The notes under the pieces are model-generated. The model saw only the letters and a program-made list of their open reading frames with translations. It did no database searches and had not been told where the DNA came from. A program made the position numbers and the translations under genes. From contig CM052816.1 of NCBI GenBank assembly GCA_028534125.1, positions 98,334,001 through 98,398,000 on the forward strand: a stretch of 64,000 nt of DNA, in the 5' to 3' direction. This document shows positions 12,801 to 25,814 of the stretch, one piece after another. Source of the stretch: Lama glama (taxonomy: Eukaryota). Positions within the stretch are counted from its first letter, which is position 1, and every line of letters starts with the position of its first letter.

Positions 12801-13707
12801 CCAAAGCTGCTGAAATTTCTGAGTTTTACTTTATAAATTATGATTGACATCTAGAAATTTTTGCTGCCAAATGTATAATTTATTTTAGACTTGCAAGATG
12901 TTCTTGGCCTTCATGACCAAACCCAGGAAGGCCCAGGCATTCTGGCTCACAATTAACCTAAATGAGATGTGAAGCTAATTTGGTACATCAGCATTCCAGC
13001 CTGGAAATTGTTCCACTCATCTTCCAAACAGCCATTCTGAAGCCAGAGAAACATGTTGGCCCTTTGTGCCATACTCTTGTTTTCTAAACCCAACTGGGGC
13101 CTCGAGGTCCAAGAAGCATCAATGTTCCCATGGCAACCAGGATAGATGGCTTGAGAAGAACTGGGGCACGATTGCTGGGATGAAGGCACTGGAAGAGAAT
13201 CCACAGTCAACAGGACTGGTCTGGGTCCTGGGGAGTGCTCACATCCTTCCCCTGATCCTGCTCATCTCTTCTTGTTTTCATACTTACTCCCGAATCTTGC
13301 TTGAGCCTAAATTTATGCACATCAATCTAACTCATTTCTCATTCTCACTTCACAGTCTACACTGCCCCTGTTTTTTTTTTTCCCCTCACTCATTTGGTTA
13401 CAGTTTGCATCCACATCAATGCTTTATGACCTTAGCTGGCTCTACCTGGAGCCTCCAGACTTTGCCCTGTCGACGTCACAGGTAAAGCAGCCACCTACCG
13501 GTCACCGACTCTCAAATCCCGGGAGTCCCTGCGTCTCTCCCCTGAACCTCTGCTGGGCCCCAGAATCAAGGCTGCTACACACCTGACAGATTCTGCCTCT
13601 ACACACAGAAAAACAGCAAAAACACTGGTTTGGTAAACCTGGAAGCAGAGCATTTGTTTACTGAAACATGATCCACTGAGGACCATGGATGGTCCTCACT
13701 GGAGTGG

Positions 13708-14010
13708 TTCATTTATTCCATATTCATTCAGCTGTTCATCGAGTCATGTATTCATTCAACAGTTCATTCAAACGTACAATTTACTTACTCATCCCATACA
13801 GACTTACTGAGCATCTGCTGTGTGTGGCACCGTCCTAGACGCTGGGGAAACAGCGGTGAACAAAGTGGATTCAAATTCCTACTGCTACGGAGCTAACTGT
13901 GTCATATGTGTTATGGAAAATAGTAACTCTTGAGGGGACAGAAATGGCTAGGAAGGGCGTGGCTTCAGTTTCTTAGAGAGCAGGCTGGGAAGGGCTCATA
14001 GACGAGGCGC
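13708..14010 (-). mobile_element. L2 LINE, 3' portion (left piece of an interrupted copy)
   Basis: ttcattca tail, 'ttactgagcatctgctgtgtgtggcaccgtcctagacgctggggaaacagcggtgaacaaa', continuing to 'gggaagggctcatagacgagg'. Confidence 0.8.
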
Positions 14011-15735
14011 CCGTACACACAGGTGAGGAAATCCCCTGACACCAGGAAAAACTCCCACAGAGGACCGGGGGCGTGGGCTCGGTGCCCCCATGGAGCTGGG
14101 GATGGTGCCTGTTTCCACCAACCAGGCTCAAGAATCTCATGGGACCTGGGATGGAACTTCTACAGGACAGGAGGGGGCGTGGCCAGAAACAGTATTTGAA
14201 AGAATAATGGCCAAAAGTTTTCAAAATTTAATGAAAGTTGTAAACTCACAAATTCAAGAAGCTGAATGAATGGCAAGCACCAAAAACATGAAGCAGACCA
14301 CACAAAGATGCATCACCTCCTAATCGCTCAAAGCCAGCAGTAAAGGAGCATTGTTTTAAAGCAGCTATTGACAGAGTAAGTCACAATAAAGAGGGCTGCA
14401 GATAAAGGTGTCAGGGGATTTCTCATTAGAAATGATGCAAGTGAGAAGATAAAAGAACGTCTTCAAGGTACTGAAAGGAAACAAAACGCTACCCACCTAG
14501 AGTGCTCTACCTCACAAAATGCATCTCATAAATAGAGGAGGACTTTTTGGTGTACGTAAACTGAGAAAATTCATGACAAACAGATGCGCAGACAAGATAT
14601 ATTCAGCAAATACCTTTAGGAAGAGAATGCCACATGGAAATATGAACGTGCACAAGGGGGAAAGAACACTAAAAAAGATAAATTCCTGTGTAAATTGTCC
14701 CTGTTAGTTGAGTCTCTAGAAAAGATTGTTGATTCTTTCAACGAGAAAAGTAACAATGTAGGTTGGGGTTTGTACCATGGGAAAGTAAAGCGTATGTTAG
14801 TAATAGCACCAGTGTTGGGAGGGGAGAGGTGAGAGCAGACAGTGCTGTAAGGCTCCTGCACAATATGTCAAGAGGTAAAACACCACCTGAGGGTCTGTGA
14901 TCGGTTAGAGATGGATACTACTGACCTGATGAGTCATGACTAGCAAGGAGATAAAATGGATCAAAGACAAGTACTCAGTTACTTCAAATGATGGCAAAAA
15001 CCATGAGGAAAGGGAACAAGGCACAGATGGGAGACACGTAAAGCAAATAGCAAGATAACAGATTTGAACTTAGCCGTATTAACGACCTCATCAAATACAT
15101 CTAAGCATCTTACTTAGAAGACAGATTGTCAGATTCAACTACATGCTATCAACAAGAAAAATGCTTTAAATAAAAAGACACATATGAGTAAAAAGTTAAA
15201 AAGTTTGGGTAAATGTATACAATGCTAACACCAATTAAAAAAATAAAACCTGGAGTGGCTATGTTAATAGCACATGAAGTAGATTTTAGTAAAGGATGTC
15301 GCGAGGTGTAAAGAAGATCATTTCATAAGGATAAAAGGATCAGTTAACTAAGACAGCATGTTAACTTTAAACATTCATGCATCTAAGAGCAGGGCTTCAA
15401 AAGACTTGAAAGAAAAACTAATAGAACTACAAGAAAAAAAATACACAATATAGTCAGATATTTTAATAGTGCTTTCCCAACCATTCATATCAACAAGAGG
15501 CATACAATAAGTTACGGCATACAACATTTGAATGAAACTATCAACCGATTTGACATAATTGACATTTACAGACGACTCCAGCCCACAGCAGCAGAGTGTG
15601 TGTTCTTCCCACATCCACCAAGATAGTCCATATTCTGGGCCATAAAACAAGTCTCAATCAACAGGAGAAGATTTAAGTCCTACCAGAGATGTTCTCTGGT
15701 CTCCGTGGAGTTAACGTAGAAGTCGGTAATGGGGA
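14010..15735 (+). mobile_element. Ancient L1 (L1M-type): 5'UTR remnant, ORF1 C-terminus and ORF2 endonuclease region, degenerate
   Basis: ORF1-like 'tatttgaaagaataatggccaaaagttttcaaaatttaatgaaa..caaattcaagaagct'. ORF2 EN-like 'ctggagtggctatgttaata..aagtagatttt', 'gacataattgacatttacaga', 'ccatattctgggccataaaacaagtctcaa'. Many stops and frameshifts. Confidence 0.85.
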
Positions 15736-16128
15736 GACCTAAAGGAGGTGAGACTGCCGACTCTTTGGATATTTGATGGAGGAACATGCCGGACAGAGGA
15801 TTCAGGAACAAAAGTTCTGAGGTGGGAGCCTGTCTTCTGTGTTCATGCAAAAGCAAGAAAGAAGGAAAATGTGGCAAAAACATGGGGAGCAAGGGAGGAA
15901 AAGGAAACAGTAATATCTAAGAGGCAGTGACACTGGAGGTCAATTTGTAAGTCTCATTGGAAGCCATCAAAATGTGAACTTGCTCTGACTGAGATGGAAA
16001 CCACTAGAAGGTTTTATGTAGAAGAGTTAAAGGATCCCTCTGGTTGCCAGGTGGATAACAGAAAGAGTAGCGGACAGGGTGGGCAGAGAACAGAAGAGGG
16101 AACCAAGTCAAGGAGCTCTTGCAATAGC
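15736..16128 (-). mobile_element. L2 LINE, continuation (right piece of the interrupted copy)
   Basis: 'gacctaaaggaggtgag..ggatatttg..ctgaggtgggagc..tgagatggaaaccactagaaggtttt..aaggatccctctggttgc', consecutive antisense L2 motifs. Confidence 0.75.
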
Positions 16129-16129
16129 T

Positions 16130-16345
16130 TCTGTGATTGCCCATGTTCTTCCCGCTGCTACAGTGACCAGGAGAGCAGGTGTCCAGCTGGAAGCACCACA
16201 GCAGTGGGCAGCTCTGGACACCAGCCTAACACACGGCGGAAGCAGCTTTGACAAGCTGGCTGGGACCCTGCGGGCTGACTGGGAGCAAGAAATGGGCTGA
16301 GGTCTGCTGTTTGTCACCTCAGCGAACCCTGCCCTATCCTGACGC
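16130..16345 (+). mobile_element. MLT1 (H/I/J-like) LTR 3' fragment
   Basis: Ends in 'tgtttgtcacctcagcgaaccctgccctatcctgac', resembling the MLT1 terminus tgtttgttac..gcataacctagcctatcctgac. Confidence 0.5.
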
Positions 16346-16823
16346 ACGCAATTTCTCACCGACCATGACGGGTGATGGTTAAATAAGAGAGAGCTTGGAA
16401 AATGCTCAGCACGGAGCCATGGACAGGAGTCCAACCTCTCAGAATATTTTACAGTCCAGACCACGTGGTTTTAATGACTTCCAGAGTCTTTGCAGGACTT
16501 TGGACTCACTGAGCCAACGTGCATGTGTGAGTTGGGTGTGCAGTGCTCTAGGAATGCCATTTATCTCCCCCTTGTTCAGCCAGAGCTGGCAGATGCCCAG
16601 CATCAGACTGCTGCGTGCTATGTAGCACGGGGTGGTGGGCTGAGCGCCCATTCAGACTTTCTCCAGAGTCTGCTGGACCGATCGTCAGAGGCTTGCCCAC
16701 CATCAGAGCTTCCAGGATGGCAGATAGAGGACCTTTCTCTCTCATCTTTCTCTTTCATCTTTCCCTCTCTATCTCACCACCCACTGTTGACCATCTCCAC
16801 ACAGCTCTCCTGCCTCCCTGCCC

Positions 16824-16877
16824 CATACACATACACACACACACATGCACACACACGCACACACAGACACACAGACA
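16824..16877. repeat. Imperfect (CA)n microsatellite
   Basis: Seen directly. Confidence 0.9.
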
Positions 16878-19799
16878 GTGCTAGTGATACCATAGGCCAC
16901 ATCAGCAAATTCCCAGCTCTCCTTTGCCAGCATTGACCGGCTTTGCAGGGCAGAAGGGGCTTGGAGGGCTGACAGATGCAGCACCCAGAGGCCCTTGACT
17001 TGGGGACAGTACGAGGGAGAGTCAGGTTCAGATGTACCCCCTTAGTAACTAGTGTCTGGGACCAAAACTTGGAGATGCTCAGCCTGATAGTCCAACCTGT
17101 TTACTCCCTACTAGCATGAAACAGAAACAGTCATAAGACTCCTTGGCATCGTGGTCTTCAAACTGTCTTTTCTATGTTTTTCCCAGTTTTCATCCTTATG
17201 TGTAAATAATGCATGGTAGATACGTCTGCTTCCATCAGGAGAGGTTCACCTCCAAAGGGAGTGCGTGCAGTTGAAGACACATCTCGCTCACATCGAGGTG
17301 AATCCACATTTGTACCCAATGGGGCCTGGTCCTCCAGCCATGGGGCCACGTGCAGTCTGGAGAACACCTGAGCGCAATTCCCCATGCCGGGACCGACTCC
17401 TAGGGTGCTGCAGAAAAGCACATCCACTAAATTGCAAACAGCAGGAAGCTGGTGCAGCCTTCACTTATTTTTTCAAGGCTGTTTGTGCATGAGCCACACA
17501 CCATTTAGCAGACGCCACATGCTCAGTTTTACAGCACATATGCAGCACAGGGGAGGAGTATGTTACAATGGTATGTTGCAAAGGCTCAGTGCTCGGGGAT
17601 CATCTGCTGATGCACATGACATTGACAAAAGCACGGCCGATTTGTTGGTAAGCCTCGTTCAGCTCTGCACTGGTGCGGTTTAAGGGCTTGATGGATCAAA
17701 CAGGATAACCCAGAGCTCATTTCACCCGGGCCTACCCGGCTGTTCCGGTGACACTGTGCATCAGAAGGCTGCTTGCTGATCTCCAGGACAGCCGGCTGGC
17801 TGCTCAAATTTCCATACAAAATGACTCTCCAGGTCCAGAACGGTTCATTTGGTTTTGCTTAGAGTTCTGCCTGAGCTGGATCTATTTATCTACCTGCAGC
17901 CTGGCTTAGAGACCATGAAAATCACAGCTGTTAGAGTGAAGAACTGGCATGCAAGAAAGCAAATCATTGGACCACACACGCACCTTCTGCATGAAATTAC
18001 TGGGAAGTTGCAGGAAACAATTATAGGATTATTTTGGCTTCTCAAACACTCACTCACCAAATATTTATGAAGGATCCATTTCATAACGTCTGACCCTTCC
18101 CAGAGACAAGGGAGCGGTCAGTGAGAGGCTGGCCGACTACGCTCCGGTGTTGGTCAGTTTTCCCTTCTGCCTCCATCCAGCCACCATGAGATGCTGATTC
18201 TCCGAGATGACACGTGGCCTTTGACCTACAAGAGGACAGGCACATGTGGCCAAGGAGCAGCTACCAGCCTCTTTAACCAAAAGGAAACAGCTCCAAAGGG
18301 GGAGACACACAAGGGCATACGAACATCTGCCATCCTGAGCGTCTTCAGAACACCTCCATCACGTCCTGCTGCTTCTTCATCCACTTCTCATCCCTAACAT
18401 GGAATCTATGAACATTCTCCACTTTGAAATGGAAGTTGATAAATAATGTCATGGATCTTTTTTAGGCTCTAAGTTAATGCACGAGAGGAATACTCCTGGG
18501 GCATCTGTACTCAGACAATCCTTGGGGACACGTTTAGCCAAGTCTACAATCTACAAAGGGAAAAGGAAGATGGCATATAACCCACGGATTCCAGTCTTGG
18601 ATACAGTTAATCTGCATGGCGAATCATTGCTTCCTACACTCCCAGTTCCCAGGCACACAAGCAGTTGTTTGGGCAAGAGATCTTACATCTCTCTGTGGCA
18701 ACCTACCGAAAGTTACAGCAGATTCCAATGCACCTGCATTACAAAAGGAAAGTTTTTTTTTTTTTATTCCAGGGAAATTAATGGCAGGATGGAAAAAAAG
18801 AAAAACAGGCAGAGGTAACTTGTTGCTATGCTAATGAAACTGTTATAATAAAATATTGAAACTTAGAAAAGATTCTAGATACACTTTCCAAAAAAGAAAA
18901 GTTAGGAATAGGGGAAAGAAGCGTAAAAGATGATCATGGCACTATGACTTGGGACATCACACACGCATAATTAAGAAGACAAGCATGGAACCATGAATGA
19001 AGAGAGGAGAATTAACCCAAATCACACAGCTACATATTCTGGAAATCATGAAACCAGTACTTTGATCCTGCCTCTTTTGGACTTGTAGCATCTAAATTTA
19101 TCACTGTTTGGATTTTTCTAAATAACACCAGCCAATATCCGCCTCACAGGGGACCGTGGGGACCCTTGAGCTAACATGTGTGAAGAGCTTAATATTCTGG
19201 TGATGAAAAGATTCATATGAACATGAGATATTATCAAAGCTAAACACACTTTAAAGCCCCGGGACTCCAATTGCGTTTTCATTTCTCGCAGGCCTGCTGA
19301 ACAGTTTCAATGGTGCCAACGTGACTTTGAAGTTTTATTGAAGATGACTGCAAGATCAAAAGCATGAAAGCTTAATGCATAGAGACATGTGATTGAAGGA
19401 CAGGCTTAGACAAGCTATGCCGATGTGACATTGTTTTACTAGAGATCCTTTTATAAATTAATTTTATTAAGCAAAATTTTAAATAGCAATAACTACCAAG
19501 AATAGGAAAACAAAATCCCGTATTCCTACCATTTATAATTAATAGTTGGCGTGTGTACACTATTCAATTACAATTTATTTAAAGACATGAAATATTAAAG
19601 CTACAGCTGAAACCACCTCCTGCTGCCCCCACCAGCAGGGGACCTGTGTACCCCACCTTCTGTGCTAAGAGTCAAGTGTTAGAAGAAAAAAAGCAAACTG
19701 TTTTTTGAGATTTATTGCATTTCTGTATTTCTTGCATAATGTATTGCACTTCTTAAATTATATACTAGTTAGTGCCTGCTGTTGACGTGGGAGGACGTG

Positions 19800-20540
19800 A
19801 CTGTGGGGCTGTCGATTGAAATTATATTACTTTTGGAGGCCAGTTGGGGCAGAAGCTACATTTTTACCATATCGGTCTTCTTATCTGCGAAAAAGACAGT
19901 TCTCTGCATTTATTTGTATCTTCTCAGCCTTTCGTGCTTTTTCCCCCATGATTAATGGTCTGTGCATTTTTTGTTCGGTTTATTTTCATCTCAATATGCA
20001 GTTTTGAGTTTTGCTTGTGTTTCTCCTGTAAGGAACTGTATTTTTTTAAGCAGTACACTTTAAAACAGTCTTCATTTCCCTCATAAAGGACATAGTAATT
20101 GGTATCCATCAATCATATGCAATTTGCATTGGTTCTAAAAGCCCGTTCATTGATTTTCTTGGTTTTCCTGGGTAGACAATCGTATACTCTTCACATCGTG
20201 GCAGAACTGGCTCCTCCTTTTCCGTCTGTTATAAGTCTTTTTTCTTACTGTTTCCCACTAAAACAGTGAGTGCAATCTTGAATACTGGTGTGAGATTGCA
20301 GCCTGGTGTTGTCTCTGATTTAAAATAGCGTGTCCCTCATATTCCACCATGACATGGAATGTTTGCTTTAGGTTTTTAGGAGACACTCCAATGCATCAAG
20401 GCAGGGCCCTCCCATCCTGATTTGTTAAGGTTTGTTTGACGATGAACAGCTATTGACTTTTATGAAATGTTTCTCCTGCGTCTACTTGGATAAGGGAATG
20501 ATTTATTTCTCCTTTGCTAATGTGGCAAATTACATTGAAA
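19800..20540 (-). mobile_element. Ancient L1 ORF2 (RT region) fragment, antisense
   Basis: 'ttgattttcttggttttcctgggtagacaatcgtata', 'atgtttgctttaggttttt', 'ttttatgaaatgtttctcctgcgtctac..aatgtggcaaattacattga' follow the antisense L1 ORF2 order. Confidence 0.7.
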
Positions 20541-21049
20541 TTTATTTTTCAATATTCATTCAAATTATCTTTTCCCTTTTTAACCAAAATAGTAAAAGCA
20601 CGTATTTCAAAAATAGGATACAAAAGAAGAAACAGCAAGTAAAGTTTAAGCGAAATGCAACACCTTGCTACTCCTCTGCCTGTTCTTCTGACTTGTTCCA
20701 CAAAATCAATGGATTTTAAGTTTCTGTTTTCAGTGATAAGATACTGATCTTTGTCTTGCTGAATACTGAGTTTATACTTGCTTTCCTGCTCTGGGCAGGA
20801 CTCTAAATCCAGGACTCCTCTTCTTCATGCTCTGGTGTTGAACAGCTTGTGTCTTTGATTCTCGGCTTCCTGCTTCTCAGTCTCTTGATCCCCTCAGGGC
20901 AAGGAACAGGGTTGGGGACGAGCTGCTTGCTCTAGGGTGGGTCAGGTGCCCAGTTTGCACTTGCAGATGCTTCTCATTTACTCCCTCTTTCTGTCACATC
21001 CAAATTTCCATGGCTTCCTAAGAGATGTGCCTTTACAATTTGTTATGAG

Positions 21050-21800
21050 TGTCAGTTACTGCACTTGGCCATCAAATTTAGTCATTTGGCTGGGTATAGA
21101 ATACAGCAGTGAAAATCATATTCTATTGTACTTAGAAAGAACTGCCAAAGTGTCTTCATGCTTCCAAAGTTGATGAAGAGAAATGTGAACCTATTTTTTA
21201 AATTTCTTACCTCTCAAATACAATCAAAATTTTAAATCAAATTTTAATTCATATATTTTTTCCTGTCCACCCCCCATCCCCTTATTCCCTGCAGTAATGA
21301 GATTTACTTTTCGATGAGTCATTTTTATCTAGTCTCCTGGGCTCACAAAAGAAACTTTCCAAACTATAGGCAGTTTTATCTTTTTTTTTTTCCTCCCCTA
21401 GCAATCACTTTCTGGACTCCTGTACCAACCTTCACACTTCATTTACTCATCCAATTTTCTGTCTATTTGGTCATTTTTCTTCTGCTGCTGAGGGTCATTC
21501 TACACCTTGTCTCATGCCCTTATGTGAAATATTTCTGCTTTAAATATCTACTTCCTAAGAGCCTTCTCTTGTTTTCTGGCTATTCCTTTTTCATGGCATC
21601 CAGTTCTTGTTTGTAGATGAAAGATTCTTTTGTTTTTCAAGATATTTACTATAGTCTCTGTCTTGATTTGTCTTTCATCCCATGTGCTTCCTCTGACTTT
21701 CCCCCTTTATCTTGCTCTCTGTCTTTCATGTTATCAAAGACCTCCTTATTACTGGATATCAGCTCTCAGTGACCAGTGAGACATTAACATGGTGATTAGA
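21050..21800 (-). mobile_element. Very old L1 ORF1/HAL1-like fragment, antisense
   Basis: 'ttggctgggtatagaata..tgtcttcatgcttccaaagttgatgaagagaaatgtga' plus a T-rich body. Weak similarity only. Confidence 0.4.
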
Positions 21801-22299
21801 TCATATGTATGCATGACGATGTAGATTTTTCCATTTCCATTATCCAAATACCCTTATTTGAAGAGGGTCTTTTTTCCCTCTTGGGTTCTTAGTTTTCCTG
21901 TAAAGCATTCTCTCCTCCTTACTTACTTAAGGATACACCCATGACTGCTCAGATTCAGAAAGCTGAGAACTGGTAAGCAAATTGGGTTTTCATGGTTCAA
22001 AATGGTGAGCTTGTCTCTCCCTTTCTGTTTTCAGACTAGGGTCCCACCTCTGCCTTCTCCTTTGCATCTCCCACTATAGAAATTTGGCTGAAGTTTCCTC
22101 TTAGTTCCTCATCAGTTTAGTGTCCCTTACTTTTATTTAAAAATATTTATTCCCTTGATTTTTCTCTTCCCATTGCTTTGCACCTCATAGAGAGATACAT
22201 GTTTTATGACTCTACTTACACCTCAGTGGTGTTGCAGAAGGTAAAAAAGAGAAGATTAAAAACATGTGGTTTAAGTCACAAGATTTGCCAGAAGTAGTA

Positions 22300-22505
22300 G
22301 TGGATTTTCTAATATTTACCTGTTCTTTCAACCCTCATATAAACCCTCGGCAGTGAAAATATATACTCATTACACAGTTGAATTCAATTCAATGAATTAC
22401 CAATATCTTACTAAGATTTTTTGCATTGATTTCAAAAGAAAGTTTAATTTTTTCTTGTACTTCTTTTTTGTGATTTAGGAGTCAAGTTTATACTAGTTCC
22501 ACAAA
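22300..22505 (-). mobile_element. Ancient L1 ORF2 fragment, antisense
   Basis: 'gttgaattcaatt..caatatcttactaagattttttgcattgat..ttttttcttgtac..gtcaagtttatactag', the segment expected to follow the 19.8-20.5 kb piece. Confidence 0.5.
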
Positions 22506-22549
22506 TAGTTCATTCTTCATTTTTGGATCTATATTTGTTACTTCCTTCT

Positions 22550-22950
22550 CTGACAGACAGGAACCCATTATACTGAATATGGCCACTTCAGAGGACTCGA
22601 GCCAAGCCAGGATGACAGCCTCTCAGATTGCTCTGAGGGACTGCTCCTGATCAGTCCTTGTGATACGAAACCGAAACCAAGACAGTAGCCCCATGCAGCC
22701 CTCGCTTAGCCCGACCCCCGCACCCTACCTCTGCAGTGCCCTGAAGCCCGGCCACTCTCCTGAGCACACCAGGCCAACGACTCTGCTCCAAGTGGAAGCC
22801 AACCTCACTTGGCCCCACTGAATGGTTTTTGGACTAAGTTGTTTACAAAAGCAGAAATGTTGCCTATACTTCCTTACTTAAGAAAAGGAAGAGGAAGTAA
22901 TTGACCCAGTTTCTTCAAAATTATCCCCATGAGTCAGGGAAATAGAAAGA
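22550..22950. mobile_element. ERV1-class LTR fragment (cetartiodactyl type)
   Basis: 'gacagcctctcagattgctctgagggactgctcc' recalled from cetartiodactyl ERV1/MER41-like LTRs. Extent uncertain. Confidence 0.45.
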
Positions 22951-23032
22951 TTTATTATTGCGGGGAAAGTAAATGCATGTACTCTGTATAATACATGCAT
23001 ATTATTTTACTAGTAGAATAGAAACTTTTATT

Positions 23033-23100
23033 TATATATATATATATTATATATATATTATATATATATAATATATATATATATATTATATATATATATA
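23033..23100. repeat. Interrupted (TA)n microsatellite
   Basis: About 68 bp of only A/T, mostly alternating. Confidence 0.95.
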
Positions 23101-23599
23101 ACTGAATTCCCTGAACAAGAATAAGCCCTGTTTCCAGTGTGATTAATCTCAGCACGACCTTGCCAGCAGAGGATGGCATGACCCCCACCTCCTTTCATTC
23201 CTGAGGGTCACTGAGAACCAACTCCACTGTGGTTACAGCAAAGAAGAATGATTATGTCTGTCCTCTCAGTGCTCTCAGTTTTAAAATTGGAAGTTGGCTG
23301 AGAATGAACTATTATTATGCAAATTTATACTTTAATTGCCTATTAGAGTCCTGCTGGTCTAAAGCCAATCTATTTTTTAGGGCGCTCAGCCACTGGAAAT
23401 TGTTTTTTTTCCAAAACAGTTTTATCATTTTGGATCAGAACATAATTTATTTTTTATCCTTCTGTTTCTCTTGGAGTTAGGTCTGTGATTTGTTTTAATA
23501 ATGCTGTGGTGGTTATGCATAAATTGTAAGCACTCTGAAAATGTATTTCAATTCATCCTCATGAGAGTTGTGAATGTTTGAACGTTTTTTTAATGACTT

Positions 23600-25450
23600 T
23601 ATTATTTTAATCTTATTAAAAAATAGAGCAAGTCCATTATTAAACTTTTGCATACAAAAGATACAAAGAAAAAAATATAAAATTGCTTTTTTCCTTTTAC
23701 CCAAAGATAATCAACTCAACTTAAATAATTTGATGTATAGTGTTACCTTGTTTTTTAATGTACACCGATACTGTATAACATTTAGACTATACTATGTTTT
23801 GAACACATTTTGCTTTCTTCACTAATTATTATACACTTAGCATGTGCTACACCTATGAATATTATTTTAAAATTATAAATAAGAACGTTTTATTCCATAA
23901 ATAGAATAAACTTTATTTTGACTTTCTCTTATTCTTGAATATTTGCCTTGTATCCAATTGATCAATATAGTTGATTAAATTGTGCATTTTGCATGTTTTT
24001 TGCTCATTTATTAATTACATTTCTAACTGTTCTTAGAAAATAAATTTTGAGAGGAAATTGCTGTAAGACCTTGCGCTGGCACCTATCTGTCCTGTTCTCC
24101 CTGAGCCTACTACGCTGTCTAACACACAGCAAGTTCCAACACTTCTGCCTAATGAATAAATGGAAGAGTAGTAATCAGTCAACCCACACCTAGGACGCAT
24201 TAAAGCCTCTTTATATATCGCCAAGTTGTTTTCAAGAAAGACGCCTCCAAGTTATATCCCCTCCATGTGTGGGACCCACCAGAACAGGCTGGCTTACATG
24301 ACCAGACAAACGCTGCTGTTCCAGGAGCTTAACACACAGAAGGTCCTTTTCTTGTTCACGTCCCACGTGCACGGCAGGTGGGCAGTTTCTCTGTCAGCAT
24401 CCTCGAAGAACCCGGGATGAAGGAGCTGCGTGGAAAACGTGCTTCCAGCGGGGGCTTGGGAAGATGGTGTCCCCATGGCTGCAGGGACCCTGAGCCCCGC
24501 CCACCTGGGACGCACACCACCTCCTCCTGAGCCCTTCGTCCAGAGTAGGTCCTGTGGCCACACCTTCCTTCAGGAGCAGAGAAAGTGCCCTGAGAATAAA
24601 AATCAGGAACACATTCGGTAGATAGTGTCCATCAGTACCACAAAGTGAGTAGCCTTTACTAGCGTTCATTTCAAAAATTTTTAATAAACTGGTAGACAAA
24701 AATTGTATCTAAAAATTTAAAGTTCACTGATTGCAAGTGAGCATGGCCATTGTTTTATGTGTTTTACCCTTATTTTCAGAACCTCTGGACCTTGTATTTT
24801 CTCCCTATATTTTAGTAATACCAATATTAACACTAACAATAAACAATAAAAACTTACATTATTCAGAGGACTTAAAATGTTCCATGAAGGTGTCAGTGCA
24901 TTACTAATCAATGCGTATGAGATTCTTACAGATACAAAGCCTAAATTCTTCACCAAACGTATTGCAAATATTTGCCCAAATTTTCTTAGTCCTTGAACTT
25001 TGCCTACAACATTGACAATAGGATGAAAACCTATATCAAATCAAATCAGTTAACATTCATTGTATTGTCTTCTTTTGCTATTATACTGACAAGTTCTTCT
25101 TCCATCCTTAGATTAAATGTAAATTTATTTCAAAAATTATTGAAGTACCTTCTCATTTATTAAGTTTACATCTAATCTCTTTGGGATTATGCTGAATCAT
25201 GATGTGATGTGGCAACTGTGGGGAGCGTCCTAAACAGCTAAAAAATATAGACAAATGATACAATGTGTATACAAAGATATACACCAAGGAATCATTGTTT
25301 TCTCCCTGATTTGTAATGAACCCTTTCCTATGTGCTGAAATCTCCTGTTTGCTAGGCTCTCCTCGGGCACTGATCTGATGTCTGTGCATTACTATCAGAT
25401 TGATGTGTGTCCCTTGCAGGGGGAGGTTGGAGATAAAGGAAGGGACCAGT
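23600..25450 (-). mobile_element. Highly decayed L1ME-like 3' region, antisense, interrupted by other elements
   Basis: AT-rich with motifs 'gccaagttgttttcaagaaag..ccaagttatatccctcc', 'gtattgcaaatatttgccc' and 'ttttctccctgatttgtaatg'. Confidence 0.4.
24270..24630 (-). mobile_element. MLT1K/J-like MaLR LTR
   Basis: 'gcttaacacacagaaggtccttttcttgttcacg..acccgggatgaaggagc..ggtcctgtggccacaccttccttcaggag..aaagtgc', antisense MLT1 layout. Confidence 0.6.
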
Positions 25451-25762
25451 CCACGCAAGTTTTGTCAGCTGCTTCAAGGTGATTTGTCCTCATCCCAAAG
25501 ACACAGAACATTACAGGGGCTTTTAAGAGAGCCAGGTGATGCTGCAGTGGGGAATGACAATAAATACTTGTGAAACAGAGAAGTGAATTTCATGACCAAA
25601 TGAGCAAATGAATACATTTTGCTGCAGACATATGTAAAAATGTGGTGGTAACAGATTGGATGGTCTTGAAGAGTAAGAAAGCATTTTGCAGGCAGTGAAA
25701 TGCTAGGGAGGGCATTTTAAGCCAAGAAGATATCTAGGGTTGCATGTAAGAGATGATCCTTA

Positions 25763-25804
<42 letters not shown>

Positions 25805-25814
25805 ACTCACACAC
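25763..25814. repeat. Compound (TC)8(AC)n microsatellite
   Basis: Seen directly. Confidence 0.95.

Noticed and set aside
16406..16426. Split REST/RE1-like motif TCAGCACG..GGACAG
   Set aside because: Mismatch in the left half and non-canonical spacing; too weak alone.
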